DNA of 64,000 bases from assembly GCA_964554495.1 (NCBI GenBank), contig CAZKOY010000012.1, positions 1,665 to 65,664 of the forward strand, written 5' to 3'. Position 1 is the first letter of the stretch, and the number at the start of each line of letters is the position of its first letter. The notes under the pieces were generated by a model that was given only the letters and a program-made list of their open reading frames with translations, did no database searches and was not told the origin of the DNA. Source of the stretch: an uncultured Myxococcales bacterium (GTDB lineage Bacteria > Myxococcota_A > Polyangia > Palsa-1104 > JAEUJZ01). Positions 8,995-19,227 of this stretch are shown piece after piece. The translations under genes and the position numbers were made by a program.

Positions 8995-11900
8995 GCGGCG
9001 GACGCATCTCGACCTGGGTTCAAGCGACCGTGGAGCGGCGCGGCCTGGTGCTGTTCGTCACCTGCGTGCTCGTCGCAGTGGCTATGGTGATGGCGTCGTG
9101 GCTGAAGCTCGATGCCCTGCCCGATGTCACCAACAATCAAGTGCTGGTCCTGACCCGCGCACCAGGTCTTGCTCCCGAGGAAACCGAGAGCCTGGTGACC
9201 CGTCCGATCGAGGCAGCGCTGGGCGGAATGCAGTGGCTCAAAGAGCTGCGCAGCATCTCGCGCTATGGCATCTCGGCGGTGACCGCGGTTTTTGAAGACG
9301 AAGCCCCTCCCTTGGTGGCGCGTCAGATCACGGCAGAGCGCCTAGCCACGATCAGCCTGCCGCCTGGCGTCGATGTACCAGCGCTGGGGCCTCTGACCGG
9401 CGGCTTAGGTGAGGTGTTTCACTTTTCAATCACCTCGACGACCCGGACACTGCCTGAGCTATTGGAGCTGGCGACGCTGCGCATTGCACCACGACTGCGC
9501 ATGGTGCCAGGCATCGTCGAAGTGAACACCTGGGGCGGTGCCGAGCGGCGCCTGGAAGTACGCGCCGATCCGCTGCGCCTAGCCACTTCTGGAGTGTCGA
9601 CGGACTCGCTGGTCGAGCGACTGCGGCAGAGCATCGGATCGACCGCGGGCGCCAGCATCCCCGCCGGAGATGGCCAAGCGCTGCTGCGCGGCGTATTTCG
9701 CCCGCAGCGCCCCGAAGACCTCTCGTCCTTGCTGCTGCCTTCGGATCTCAGCACCACGGCGACCAAAGATGCGCCTTCTCGGCTGCGCCTGAGCGACGTG
9801 GCCAGCGTTACCGAGGGCGAATCGCCGCGACTGGGGGCCGCGACACAAGATGGTCGTGGCGAAGTGGTCTATTTGATGGCGCAGATGCTGCGTGGTGAGA
9901 ACGCCCTGGAAGTCCTGCGCAGCCTGCACGCACGGATGGACGAGGTGCGCGCGACGCTGCCCGCGGATGTTCAGGTCAAGGTCATCTATGACCGCAGTCT
10001 GCTGGTGCATGCAACGCTACGCACGGTTGCCAAGAACCTGCTCGAAGGTGGATTTCTCGTCGCCGTGGTGCTGCTGCTGACCTTGGGCAGCCTGCGGGCC
10101 GGCCTGCTGGTCGCGGCTGTGATTCCGCTTTCGATGCTGGGGGCCAGCGTGGCCATGGTCGTGGCCGCTGTGCCTGGAAACTTGATGAGCCTGGGGGCCG
10201 TCGATTTCGGCTTGCTCGTCGACGGGGCCGTGGTGATGGTCGAGCACTTGTTTCACACTCCAGCGGAACGCGATGGGCCCGAGCTCAGTGTGGTTCAGAT
10301 CGTTCGTGAGCGGGCCGGTGAAGTGGCAAAACCGGTCCTCTTTTCCGTGCTGATCATTCTGTTGGTCTACGTGCCGGTGCTCATGCTCGGGGGCGTCGAG
10401 GGCAAGATGTTTCGCCCAATGGCCATCACGGTGGTCTGCGCGCTGTTCACATCGCTGATCTTGGCCTTGCTGGTGGTTCCCGCCGCCGCTGCCCAGCTTC
10501 TGCGTCGCCGCGATCTGTACGAATCACGCCCGCCGCTACTGATCCGCGGCCTTAAACGCATCTATCAGCCGCTGCTGGAACGCGCGGTGGCTCACCCAGC
10601 GATCGTGGCTGTGCTCGCGGGGCTTCTGCTTGCCAGTGGCGTGCTGCTGCTTCTGCGCAGCGGCAGCGAGTTTGTGCCCCAGCTAGATGAAGGCGATCTG
10701 GTGATCCAGACCACTCGCCACGCTGACATCTCGCTAGAGACGGCGGTTTTTCGCGCGCAGGGTATGGAATCGCTGCTGCGTCAGCGACCCGAAGTCGAAG
10801 GAGTGGTCTCGCGCATCGGCAGTCCGGCGGTGGCCACGGACATCATGGGCTTGGAGCAAGCCGATGTGTTTGTGCGCCTGAAGCCTATCGCGTCGTGGCG
10901 GCCCGGTCTGCAGCGCGATGCCCTGATCCGCGAGATCGAGGAGCAGTTGGCCAAAGACGATCCAGGAAGCGAGCCTTCGTTCACCCAGCCCATTCAGATG
11001 CGCTTCAACGAGATCCTTGCCGGGGCCGTGACCGATGTCGTGGTCAGCATCTATGGCGAAGACTTGGCGCTGCTCGATCGCTTGGCACGCGCTGTGGCCA
11101 GGTCCTGCGCCGCCGAGCCCGGTGCGGAAGATGTCCGCGTCATGGCTCCGCCCGCCGTGCCGCTGGCCGAGGTGCGTCCGCGCGCCATCGAGGCTGCACA
11201 GGCTGGCCTTTCGCCGGGGGAAATTCTGTCTGCGGTCCAAGCGGTACGCAGCGGCATTCCGTTGGGCAACACCTTTTTCGGGCCGGTGCGCCTGCCCGTG
11301 GTGCTGCGATTGGGTGAGGCAGCACCTGAAGCCGCCAGCCTGCATGCTCTGCCACTTCCGCTGGCTGGCGGTGGCATCGTGCCCCTCGGACGGGTCGCCG
11401 ATGTGTCTTTTCTGCGCGCCCCAACCTTGATCCTGCGCCACAACGGCGAACGTCGCTTGATGGTCGGCTTCAACGTGCGAGGTGTCGATCTAGGCACGCT
11501 GCTGCAGCGCGCCGAGCGCCGCGTACGCGACCAGGTGCCAATGCCTGCCGGATACCGCTTGGTCTGGGGTGGACAGTACGAGACCTTTGCAGCGGCGCGG
11601 GCGCGACTTGGCATCTTGATCCCCGTCGTGCTGCTGATCATTCTTGGCGTTCTGTGGCGCTTGTTCGGCAGCCTGCGTCCGACTTTGATCTTGTTCTCTG
11701 CCGTGCCTTTTGCCGGGACCGGTGGAGTGCTCGCGCTATCGGCGCGCGGCATGCCGATCTCGATCTCGGCTGCGATCGGCTTCATCGCGCTGTCCGGGAT
11801 CGCCGTGCTGAATGGCGTCGTGTTGATGGTGCGCCTGTTGGATCTCGAACAAAAAGGGCTCTCGCCACAGCACGCTGCGCTGCAAGCTGCCAGCACGCGC

Positions 11901-12125
11901 ATGCGACCGGTGCTGGTCACGGCTCTGGTGGCGGCGCTGGGCTTCGTACCCATGGCAATGGCGCAAGGTGTTGGGTCCGAGGTGCAGCGGCCGCTTGCGA
12001 CGGTCGTCGTCGGTGGCTTGGTGACATCGACCGTGCTGACCCTGCTGATCTTGCCGGCCATCTACCCATTTCTGTCGCGCCGCCGCACGCCTTCACTCCC
12101 CTGTGATACGCCGCACTCGCCGTGA
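8991..12125 (+). CDS. czcA: Heavy-metal efflux RND permease, CzcA type
   Basis: 1044 aa; LDALPDVTNNQV, GNLMSLGAVDFGLLVDGAVVMVE (the DFG..D signature of CzcA-type divalent-metal exporters), RMRPVL, GSEVQRPLATVVVGGL. Confidence 0.9.
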   Translation: MSGGRISTWVQATVERRGLVLFVTCVLVAVAMVMASWLKLDALPDVTNNQVLVLTRAPGLAPEETESLVTRPIEAALGGMQWLKELRSISRYGISAVTAVFEDEAPPLVARQITAERLATISLPPGVDVPALGPLTGGLGEVFHFSITSTTRTLPELLELATLRIAPRLRMVPGIVEVNTWGGAERRLEVRADPLRLATSGVSTDSLVERLRQSIGSTAGASIPAGDGQALLRGVFRPQRPEDLSSLLLPSDLSTTATKDAPSRLRLSDVASVTEGESPRLGAATQDGRGEVVYLMAQMLRGENALEVLRSLHARMDEVRATLPADVQVKVIYDRSLLVHATLRTVAKNLLEGGFLVAVVLLLTLGSLRAGLLVAAVIPLSMLGASVAMVVAAVPGNLMSLGAVDFGLLVDGAVVMVEHLFHTPAERDGPELSVVQIVRERAGEVAKPVLFSVLIILLVYVPVLMLGGVEGKMFRPMAITVVCALFTSLILALLVVPAAAAQLLRRRDLYESRPPLLIRGLKRIYQPLLERAVAHPAIVAVLAGLLLASGVLLLLRSGSEFVPQLDEGDLVIQTTRHADISLETAVFRAQGMESLLRQRPEVEGVVSRIGSPAVATDIMGLEQADVFVRLKPIASWRPGLQRDALIREIEEQLAKDDPGSEPSFTQPIQMRFNEILAGAVTDVVVSIYGEDLALLDRLARAVARSCAAEPGAEDVRVMAPPAVPLAEVRPRAIEAAQAGLSPGEILSAVQAVRSGIPLGNTFFGPVRLPVVLRLGEAAPEAASLHALPLPLAGGGIVPLGRVADVSFLRAPTLILRHNGERRLMVGFNVRGVDLGTLLQRAERRVRDQVPMPAGYRLVWGGQYETFAAARARLGILIPVVLLIILGVLWRLFGSLRPTLILFSAVPFAGTGGVLALSARGMPISISAAIGFIALSGIAVLNGVVLMVRLLDLEQKGLSPQHAALQAASTRMRPVLVTALVAALGFVPMAMAQGVGSEVQRPLATVVVGGLVTSTVLTLLILPAIYPFLSRRRTPSLPCDTPHSP

Positions 12126-12413
12126 AGACGCAGCGCCTTTGGCCCTTGCCTGGGCGGCATATCCGTCGCGACACGCAGTCAGCCAAGCGCTCAGCGCGCC
12201 GCTCCATTGCCACATAAAATCGCGCTTCTGTTCCGCATATTCCGCGCCGCGCAGCGACGAATCTCTGTCCTGAACTTGCCCTGCGCCGCGCGCTCTGCGG
12301 GGCAGCGCGCAGAGGAATGATTCGGTTTGACGTCCCTAGTCGGGAGCTAGGACGCCCGTCATGCGCACACCAGGCCACACCTGCGCGCTTCGCGGGGCAA
12401 TCATCGAGGTGGA

Positions 12414-15400
12414 TCAGCTTGCGGGCGCGCTGGACGCAGCGGTGCCGATCGCTTTGGGCAAGAGGCCGGTGCGGACAAAGTAGTCCAGGTAGCGGCGCAT
12501 CAGAGCCGCATCAATGGCCGGGAACGCGATGCCGCTTCCGGCCAGCGCCTGTCGCGCAAGCTGGTTGCCGCACGTGGCAGACCGATAGTGGACTTCGAGA
12601 ATGGTATTGCGACCTTCATGCACCTTTTCGAGCAGGAACGGCGTGACGGGATACAGCGCATTGTCGGTCTTGCACGTGGCCAGCGCCTCGAACCACGCTG
12701 CGGGTTCCACCGCGCGAACTGGAAACCCCAGGTCGTGGATCATGCGGAACAGATCCAGGTGACTTGGCTCTTTGTCGCGATCGACGACCCACTGAAACGG
12801 ACCACGTAGCTCGCGAACAGCGACGGTCGCCATGGCCTGCGCGACAAAGTCCACCGGAATCGGACACCAGTACTTGCGAGGCAGATCGGGATAGCAGCCA
12901 AGCTGGATACAACCGACAACCAGCCGCGACATCAAATCGGAAAGCTTGACGGCACCAGTCTGTGTGCTGCCCGTGAGAAAACCCGTGCGATGAATCGTCA
13001 CCGGGAGTCCCTGATCGGCTGCTTGCTGGACGACGCGTTCGGCCACCCACTTGGACTTCGTGTAGCCATTTTCGATGTCCAAGATCGAGACACTCTGCTC
13101 GATGTCGTAGTCCTCAGGAATGTGGCGGATGCCGAGCAAGATATCCGCCGACCCGGTGACTCCCAGCGTCGAGGCGAAGTGAAAGCGCTTCGTGCGGGCG
13201 GAGAATGCGAAGCGCAGGGCATGGCGAGTCCCGTCGACGTTGGCAGCGCGCAGCGCCGCGTACGGCTTTAGGTGATTCACATCCGCCCCGCAGTGGAACA
13301 CGGTGTCGACGTCCCGCGCGAGCGCCATGTATCGCTCTGCCGATAGCCCCATCCTCTCGTCCCGCAAGTCCGCCGCGAGGACCTCTACTCGTTCGGGAAG
13401 GGTCAAGGTCAGGCCGTACTCGGCAAGCTGTGCGGTCAGACGTTGGTGCGCCTGCGCGTCGGAATCTGCCCGGACCGCGCAATAGATCCGCGGTGCGTCG
13501 GGTATTCGCAGTAGCTCGACCAACAGGAACGAGCCGAGAAATCCATTGGCTCCGGTGAGCAGCACAGATCGCATCGGGCCGCTTGCGGCCGGGGCTCTTG
13601 GCTCTGGCCACGGCTCGGGGTAGGCGGCTTCGCGGACATCGACGACTTCGGCGGCTGCTTGACGATAGGGCGAAGCCAACATCGCATCGACAACCCGCAT
13701 GAGGCTAGCGGGTGTCGGGTGTTGGTAAATCTGGCGGGCCGGCATGCGGATTCCGAACTCGGTCTTGATCGCCAGGATCAAGTGGGCAACGGCCATCGAG
13801 TTGCCGCCCATTTCAAAGAAGTGGCCCTGCACATCGAATGTTCCAAGCGGCAGGCCAAGCGCCTGATCGAAAAGCGCCGCCATCTCTGTCGCGCGCGTCG
13901 AGTTCGGGGTCACAACGCGGCGACGCGTCGATGGCAGCGGCAGCGCCGACCGATCGATCTTGCTGCGATTGGGCATCATCGGCATCGCATCCAAAGCGAC
14001 ATAGACCGGCGGCACCATGAAGTTCGGCAAGCGCTGGTCGAGAAAGCGCGCCAGCGATTCCTGCGTCAGCAGGTCGGGATCAGCACCAGGCCGTGCAACA
14101 AAGTAGCCAACCAGCGATCGCGTGGGTTCCGCGCCATAGCCCACAAGCTCAGTGGCGATCACCGCAGCCGACAGGATCGCAGGATGCGAGCCGAGAGCAT
14201 TTTCGATGGCGCTAAGCTCAACGCGGAAGCCATGCACCTTCACTTGATCGTCGCGGCGTCCGATGAATTCCAAGACGCCGCCTGGTTCGCGTTGAACCGC
14301 GATGTCCCCCGTTCGATACAGGCGCCCTGGGCCCCATGGATTGGCGACGAACACCGCGTTCGAAAGGGCGGGCTTGTGCAAGTAGCCGCGGGCCACACCG
14401 ATGCCACCGATGCAAAGCTCGCCAGCTTGCCCTGGGGGAACCTGCCGCAGCGCTTCGTCCACCAGGTACACCGAGACGCCAGGAAGTGGCATGCCGATAG
14501 GAGCCGTCTGCTCGTCGCCGACAAAGCGATGCATGGTTGCGCAGACCGTGGCTTCCGTCGGGCCATAGGCGTTCCACAGCGTGCGTCCGCCACCTGCCCA
14601 GTCGCGAACCACCGACACAGGGCATGCTTCGCCCGCCACGACAACGGTGCGCAGACAGGGCAGATCGTCGCGCGCGGACGTGAGGGTGGCGAGCAGCGAG
14701 GGCGCGATGCAGATCATCGTCACCTGCTTGTGCGCCAAGAAGGCCCCGAGCGCGCGGCCGGGAATCATGTCTTCCTTGCTGCCCAAGACCAGCGTCCCGG
14801 CCCCGGCGAGAACACTGAAGATCTCCCAGGCCGCAGCATCGAAGCTCAAGGAAGCAAACTGGATCAGCCGTGTGCGGCCATCTATTCCGAAGGCAGCGAC
14901 ATTGGCCAGTGCCAAGTTCAGCAAGCCAGCGTGCTCGACCATAACCCCCTTGGGTTCACCGGTTGAGCCCGATGTGTAGATAACGTAGGCCAGGTCGCTT
15001 GGCTGCACTTCCTCTGTTTTCAGATTCACGCCAACCGCGCGTTGCCAGCTTAGATCCTGGTCCATAAGCAAAATGCTTAATTCGTCAATTCCATCGGTCG
15101 CCATGGTCATATCGATGCTATATTTTCGCTGAGTCAATATGACTTTGGGACGCGTCTCGCTTGCCATGTACTGCAGGCGACGCTTCGGCAGATCGGCGTC
15201 TAGCGGAATGTAATAGGCACCTGCTTTGAATGCGGCGATTAACGCCAATATCATGTTCAAATTTGAATCAATGCAAATACCAACACAATCGCCACGCCGC
15301 ACACCCATTTTTTCGCGTAAATAAAATGCAAGTGCATCTGTGCGCTGCCACATATCGCCATAGCTAATCGTCACGCCAGCCTGTTCGAGGGCAACGGCTT

Positions 15401-15470
15401 CTGGGTGCTGAGCGCATATGGCTCGCAAGTGCGAGACAATCGTTGGCTCGCAGCGGGTGGTACTTTCCAT
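12414..15470 (-). CDS. Stand-alone NRPS-like enzyme: adenylation-PCP-thioester reductase (A-T-R)
   Basis: A cores YVIYTSGSTGEPKGV, NAYGPTEAT, GELCIGGIGVARGY, LYRTGD, GRRDDQVKVHGFRVEL; PCP FFEMGGNSM; SDR reductase LLTGANGFLGS and YTKSKWVAE. No condensation domain. RBS AAGGGA. Confidence 0.95.
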   Translation of the reverse strand: MESTTRCEPTIVSHLRAICAQHPEAVALEQAGVTISYGDMWQRTDALAFYLREKMGVRRGDCVGICIDSNLNMILALIAAFKAGAYYIPLDADLPKRRLQYMASETRPKVILTQRKYSIDMTMATDGIDELSILLMDQDLSWQRAVGVNLKTEEVQPSDLAYVIYTSGSTGEPKGVMVEHAGLLNLALANVAAFGIDGRTRLIQFASLSFDAAAWEIFSVLAGAGTLVLGSKEDMIPGRALGAFLAHKQVTMICIAPSLLATLTSARDDLPCLRTVVVAGEACPVSVVRDWAGGGRTLWNAYGPTEATVCATMHRFVGDEQTAPIGMPLPGVSVYLVDEALRQVPPGQAGELCIGGIGVARGYLHKPALSNAVFVANPWGPGRLYRTGDIAVQREPGGVLEFIGRRDDQVKVHGFRVELSAIENALGSHPAILSAAVIATELVGYGAEPTRSLVGYFVARPGADPDLLTQESLARFLDQRLPNFMVPPVYVALDAMPMMPNRSKIDRSALPLPSTRRRVVTPNSTRATEMAALFDQALGLPLGTFDVQGHFFEMGGNSMAVAHLILAIKTEFGIRMPARQIYQHPTPASLMRVVDAMLASPYRQAAAEVVDVREAAYPEPWPEPRAPAASGPMRSVLLTGANGFLGSFLLVELLRIPDAPRIYCAVRADSDAQAHQRLTAQLAEYGLTLTLPERVEVLAADLRDERMGLSAERYMALARDVDTVFHCGADVNHLKPYAALRAANVDGTRHALRFAFSARTKRFHFASTLGVTGSADILLGIRHIPEDYDIEQSVSILDIENGYTKSKWVAERVVQQAADQGLPVTIHRTGFLTGSTQTGAVKLSDLMSRLVVGCIQLGCYPDLPRKYWCPIPVDFVAQAMATVAVRELRGPFQWVVDRDKEPSHLDLFRMIHDLGFPVRAVEPAAWFEALATCKTDNALYPVTPFLLEKVHEGRNTILEVHYRSATCGNQLARQALAGSGIAFPAIDAALMRRYLDYFVRTGLLPKAIGTAASSAPAS

Positions 15471-15509
15471 TGCGATTTCCCTTGGCCCTGATAGTTCAGA
15501 GCATATGGT

Positions 15510-18500
15510 TTATTCGCTAAGTTTTCCTGATAACCTCGGATCAGGATAATGCGGTGGCCAAGTCAGGCCAACTCGCGCAAGCTGCTCTCGCCCGTGTTGC
15601 TCATGGTAAGAGCGTTTCTGGCTGTCGCTGGGAGCTAATCGGCTTAGAACCAAATGCGCCAATGCCGTTTCATAAGGCATGCCAGCACGCTGGGCATGGC
15701 GCAGGCTCAAGCGGGCCAGCGCGCTTCCTCGGCGAACACGCCCCTCTAGCAAGGCGTGAGCGCTCTCTAGCAAGAGCGCTCGCGGCCGACCCACGCTGAA
15801 GATCGCCACAAGTCGGTGCATATGAGATCGTGTCTTGGCAAGTGGCGTATTGGCATCAGCCAAGGCCAAAGGCGTCGTATCACGTACTAGTCCGACACAA
15901 ACCTCGGCCAAGATTGTTACGGCTAGGAGTGATTCATGCGAAACAAAAAGATGTTTACTAAAGAGATCCAAGGCCCGGTCAATCCAGCGTTGTGCTTCAA
16001 TGGTATTGGTGGTTATCGTGTGATAATATGCTTGTACGCAGGAATGGAATAGCAAACAGTGCGGATCGTTTATGCGATCAAGGTTCTTGCGAGCTAGATC
16101 CAATTCGCTTCGCGACCGCGCAGGCTGATTCAGATTTAGAAGAGCCAGAGCGTTGAGTGTGTGTCCCCATGCTTGGAATTGCACAATGCCGTCGACAGTG
16201 GCTCGTGCCTGAAGCGCATTCGATTCGTGCAGTGCATCATTGAATAATCCGTAATAATAGTAGACAAATGCAATCTGCAGTAAACAAGATAAACTTTGTT
16301 GATCGTTGCCTTGCTTGATGCTGGTTTGTATCGATAATTGGAAATGCTTTAGTGCTTCATAAAAATGCCCATGCTGCAAGGAAAGTAAACCATCGAGCCT
16401 GTTGCGAAGATCGATCAATGTGTCATCGTTGATAGGCAAAGACGCTGAAAAATCTGTCTGTGATAAATCCAAATCTGGATCCGCATCGAACGCGTACAGG
16501 CGGTGAAGGTAATTGATATGAATGGCGAAGAACGGCCGCAGCGAAGGCAGCTCTAGCCGCCGCACGATGCCGAGCGCCAGCAAGCAGACGCGATAGGCGC
16601 TGCTGTGTTGGCTCAAGGGCAGGAAGGCGCCGATGCTCTGGGCGGCCAGCTCGATGGTCTCAAGCGCCAGGCGGATCGCGTCCTTCGATGTGTGCGGCCC
16701 AAAGTCCCGCTGCGCAAGCGTGGCCGAAACCTCGGCTCGTATGCTCTTGGCCAAGGCGGCTGTAAGCGGCTCGGGTGCTGGCAGCGGATAACCCAGGGTG
16801 GCCCACGCCAGCTCGCAGCGTTCGCCGCTCTCGGTGAGTCGGCCCAGCGCCAGCAGAGCGCTGGCTGCGAGTCGGTAGCCAGGCGCCAGCGCGGTCTTCG
16901 CTTCAAGCTGCTCTTGCCAGCGGCGCAGATCGTTCAAGTAGGTCAGCGACTTCTCGATCGCCCCCTCGCGCAGCGCGCGTTCACCCGCCATGGTCGCATA
17001 GTGAACAGCCAAGCTCGCGACGCCCGCTTCGCCATAGTGATAAGCCAGCCGAGACGGATCGAGCTCGGCCGGCGAGACCGACCGCTCAAGCAGCTCAGCG
17101 ACCTTGCGGTGTAGCTGGCGGCGCTCATCAGGGGACAGCTCTTCGAGCAGACGCTCGCGAAGCTTGTCGTGCGTGAAGCGCCAGCCCTGGTTCACGGTTT
17201 CGAGGACCGCGACGTTGGCGCAGGCCTCAAGCCATGCGTTTAGCTGCGGCTCTTGCGATCGCAAAAGAGGCAGGTCGAGCTGACGCCCAGCCACGGCAGC
17301 CAAGTGCAGAAGCGGTCGCGCTTTCGCCGGCACGCGGCTGAGTCGTCGTTCCAGCACGGCGCGCATGCCGCCAGCAAAGACGCGATCGGGCAGTCGGTTC
17401 GAGGCAATCTCGCTGAGCATGCCGCGCTCTTCCGCCAGCGAGCGCAGGACCTCGACCATAAAGAACGCGTTTCCCTCGGTTTCTCGCAGCAGCAGCTCGA
17501 TGAGATCAGGGTGACCGCCGAGCGGACCCAGCATCGACTGACTAAGCGCGGTGACACTCGCTCGATCGAGCCGCGCGAGCCGAAGCGGCTCCATCGCGGG
17601 CAGCGCGGACGGAACCCACGGGGCCTCGTCATCACGGTAGCTGGCGATGATCACCAGCGGTCGCTTGCGGATGCTGCGCATCAGCCGGCTCAGCGTCAGG
17701 ATGACCTCGACCCCGGCCCAGTGGACGTCCTCGATGATCACCAGCGTCGGAGTGCGCACCAGGCCAAAGCAGTCGTCGATCGTCCGCAGCAAGCGCTCTT
17801 GCGCCGACTTGGCATCGACGGCCGGGCGCTCGACCAGCTCACGCTGCAGCAGCACGGGCAGGTCCGGGACCAGCGGCAAGAGCAGGCTGGCCAGGCTGTC
17901 ATCGCATTCGACTTGCAGAAGCAGAGCCCGCAGGACATCGCGGAATGCTTGATACGGGGCGGCGCCGGCTCGCAGTGTTTCACCTCGCAGCACCTGGATG
18001 CCGCGGACACGCGCCAGCGTGCTCACTTCATCGATGAGCCGCGACTTGCCAACGCCGCTCTCGCCGCCGACCAGCCACCCGCTGCCTCGTCCGGCCGCCC
18101 CTTCGTCGAGGGCGTCCATAAGAGTCGCGACCTCTTCATCGCGCGCGACAAAGGACGCCGCCTGCAGAAAGCTGTCCCGGATTGTGCTGGTCTCTGTCGG
18201 TACGCTCAGTCCGACTGCGCTCGCCAGCTTTACGCAGAGCTCGGACGCATCCTTGGGGCGGATCGCTGGATCCTTGGCCAGAAGCTGGTTTAGCAAGTCT
18301 CGCAGCGGCTCTGGCACGGCGAGCCAGCTGGTATCGGGCACGCGCGACAGAACCGCGGACACTAGGTCGCTGGTGGATGCGCCGGCAAACGGCGAACGTC
18401 GCGCCAAGAGCTCATAGGCCATGACGCCAAAGGCATATAGGTCGGTGGCTTCGCTGGGTCGCTCGCCCCACAGCAGCTCAGGCGCCATGAAGGCCAGGGT

Positions 18501-19175
18501 TCCGACGATGTTCTGCGCCGCCACATCCATGGACTTGGCAGTGGCCAGGCCGAAGTCGAGGACCTTGACGTGATAGCCCTGCGGTGTCGGCTGCGCGAGG
18601 ATGTTCGCGGGCTTCAAGTCGCGGTGCAGGACACCGCGGCGATGCAGATAGACCAGGGCCTGCGCCACTTGCAGGAGTAGCTCGACCTGCTGTGGATAGG
18701 CCATGTCACGGGCAACCGTCAGGATGGGCCAGGCATCGCTGAGCAGCTCCATCGTGAAGAACGGGGTGTGCTGGGCATCGAAGCCGTAGTCCAGCACGGT
18801 GATGATGTGCGGGTGACGCAGCGACGCGAGCGTGCGGAACTCTTGCGAAAGCGCGATGCGCAGCGCCACCGGGTCGTGCGAGTTTCTGATCTGCAGGGCC
18901 GAGCCCACGCCGAACTCGGTAATTCGGACGCTCATCGACGCGGTGGGCGGGGGGACTTGTGGCGCGGTTGCTTGCTGCTCGGTGTGGCTGGACGCGCTGA
19001 CGTTGCCGCTGTGGGTGACATCCAGCATCGGAGCCAGCGACGAGATGCTCTTGAGCGCGACCGGCTGGCTGCGCAGTCGATCTAGCGCGCGGTACACAAT
19101 CCCCATTCCTCCCTGTCCAAGCCGCGAGAGGATCTGATAGCGATTGCCGATAAGATTCGAGCGATTGGTGCTCAT
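15510..19175 (-). CDS. Ser/Thr protein kinase - AAA (STAND-type) ATPase - TPR-like helical protein
   Basis: Kinase LGQGGMGIVY, VALK, HRDLKPAN, DFG, GTLAFMAPE; Walker A GESGVGKS; Walker B LVIIEDVHW; helical C-terminus. Confidence 0.9.
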   Translation of the reverse strand: MSTNRSNLIGNRYQILSRLGQGGMGIVYRALDRLRSQPVALKSISSLAPMLDVTHSGNVSASSHTEQQATAPQVPPPTASMSVRITEFGVGSALQIRNSHDPVALRIALSQEFRTLASLRHPHIITVLDYGFDAQHTPFFTMELLSDAWPILTVARDMAYPQQVELLLQVAQALVYLHRRGVLHRDLKPANILAQPTPQGYHVKVLDFGLATAKSMDVAAQNIVGTLAFMAPELLWGERPSEATDLYAFGVMAYELLARRSPFAGASTSDLVSAVLSRVPDTSWLAVPEPLRDLLNQLLAKDPAIRPKDASELCVKLASAVGLSVPTETSTIRDSFLQAASFVARDEEVATLMDALDEGAAGRGSGWLVGGESGVGKSRLIDEVSTLARVRGIQVLRGETLRAGAAPYQAFRDVLRALLLQVECDDSLASLLLPLVPDLPVLLQRELVERPAVDAKSAQERLLRTIDDCFGLVRTPTLVIIEDVHWAGVEVILTLSRLMRSIRKRPLVIIASYRDDEAPWVPSALPAMEPLRLARLDRASVTALSQSMLGPLGGHPDLIELLLRETEGNAFFMVEVLRSLAEERGMLSEIASNRLPDRVFAGGMRAVLERRLSRVPAKARPLLHLAAVAGRQLDLPLLRSQEPQLNAWLEACANVAVLETVNQGWRFTHDKLRERLLEELSPDERRQLHRKVAELLERSVSPAELDPSRLAYHYGEAGVASLAVHYATMAGERALREGAIEKSLTYLNDLRRWQEQLEAKTALAPGYRLAASALLALGRLTESGERCELAWATLGYPLPAPEPLTAALAKSIRAEVSATLAQRDFGPHTSKDAIRLALETIELAAQSIGAFLPLSQHSSAYRVCLLALGIVRRLELPSLRPFFAIHINYLHRLYAFDADPDLDLSQTDFSASLPINDDTLIDLRNRLDGLLSLQHGHFYEALKHFQLSIQTSIKQGNDQQSLSCLLQIAFVYYYYGLFNDALHESNALQARATVDGIVQFQAWGHTLNALALLNLNQPARSRSELDLARKNLDRINDPHCLLFHSCVQAYYHTITTNTIEAQRWIDRALDLFSKHLFVSHESLLAVTILAEVCVGLVRDTTPLALADANTPLAKTRSHMHRLVAIFSVGRPRALLLESAHALLEGRVRRGSALARLSLRHAQRAGMPYETALAHLVLSRLAPSDSQKRSYHEQHGREQLARVGLTWPPHYPDPRLSGKLSE

Positions 19176-19227
19176 TCTGGCCTAACTGCTCGTGTTTATG
19201 ACATCCAAGGTGAGAGCAGTTTGTTTG

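Noticed and set aside
12293-12314. Hairpin ctctgcg-N8-cgcagag between czcA and the NRPS gene
   Set aside because: No U-tract on either strand, and such stems are frequent by chance at this GC content.
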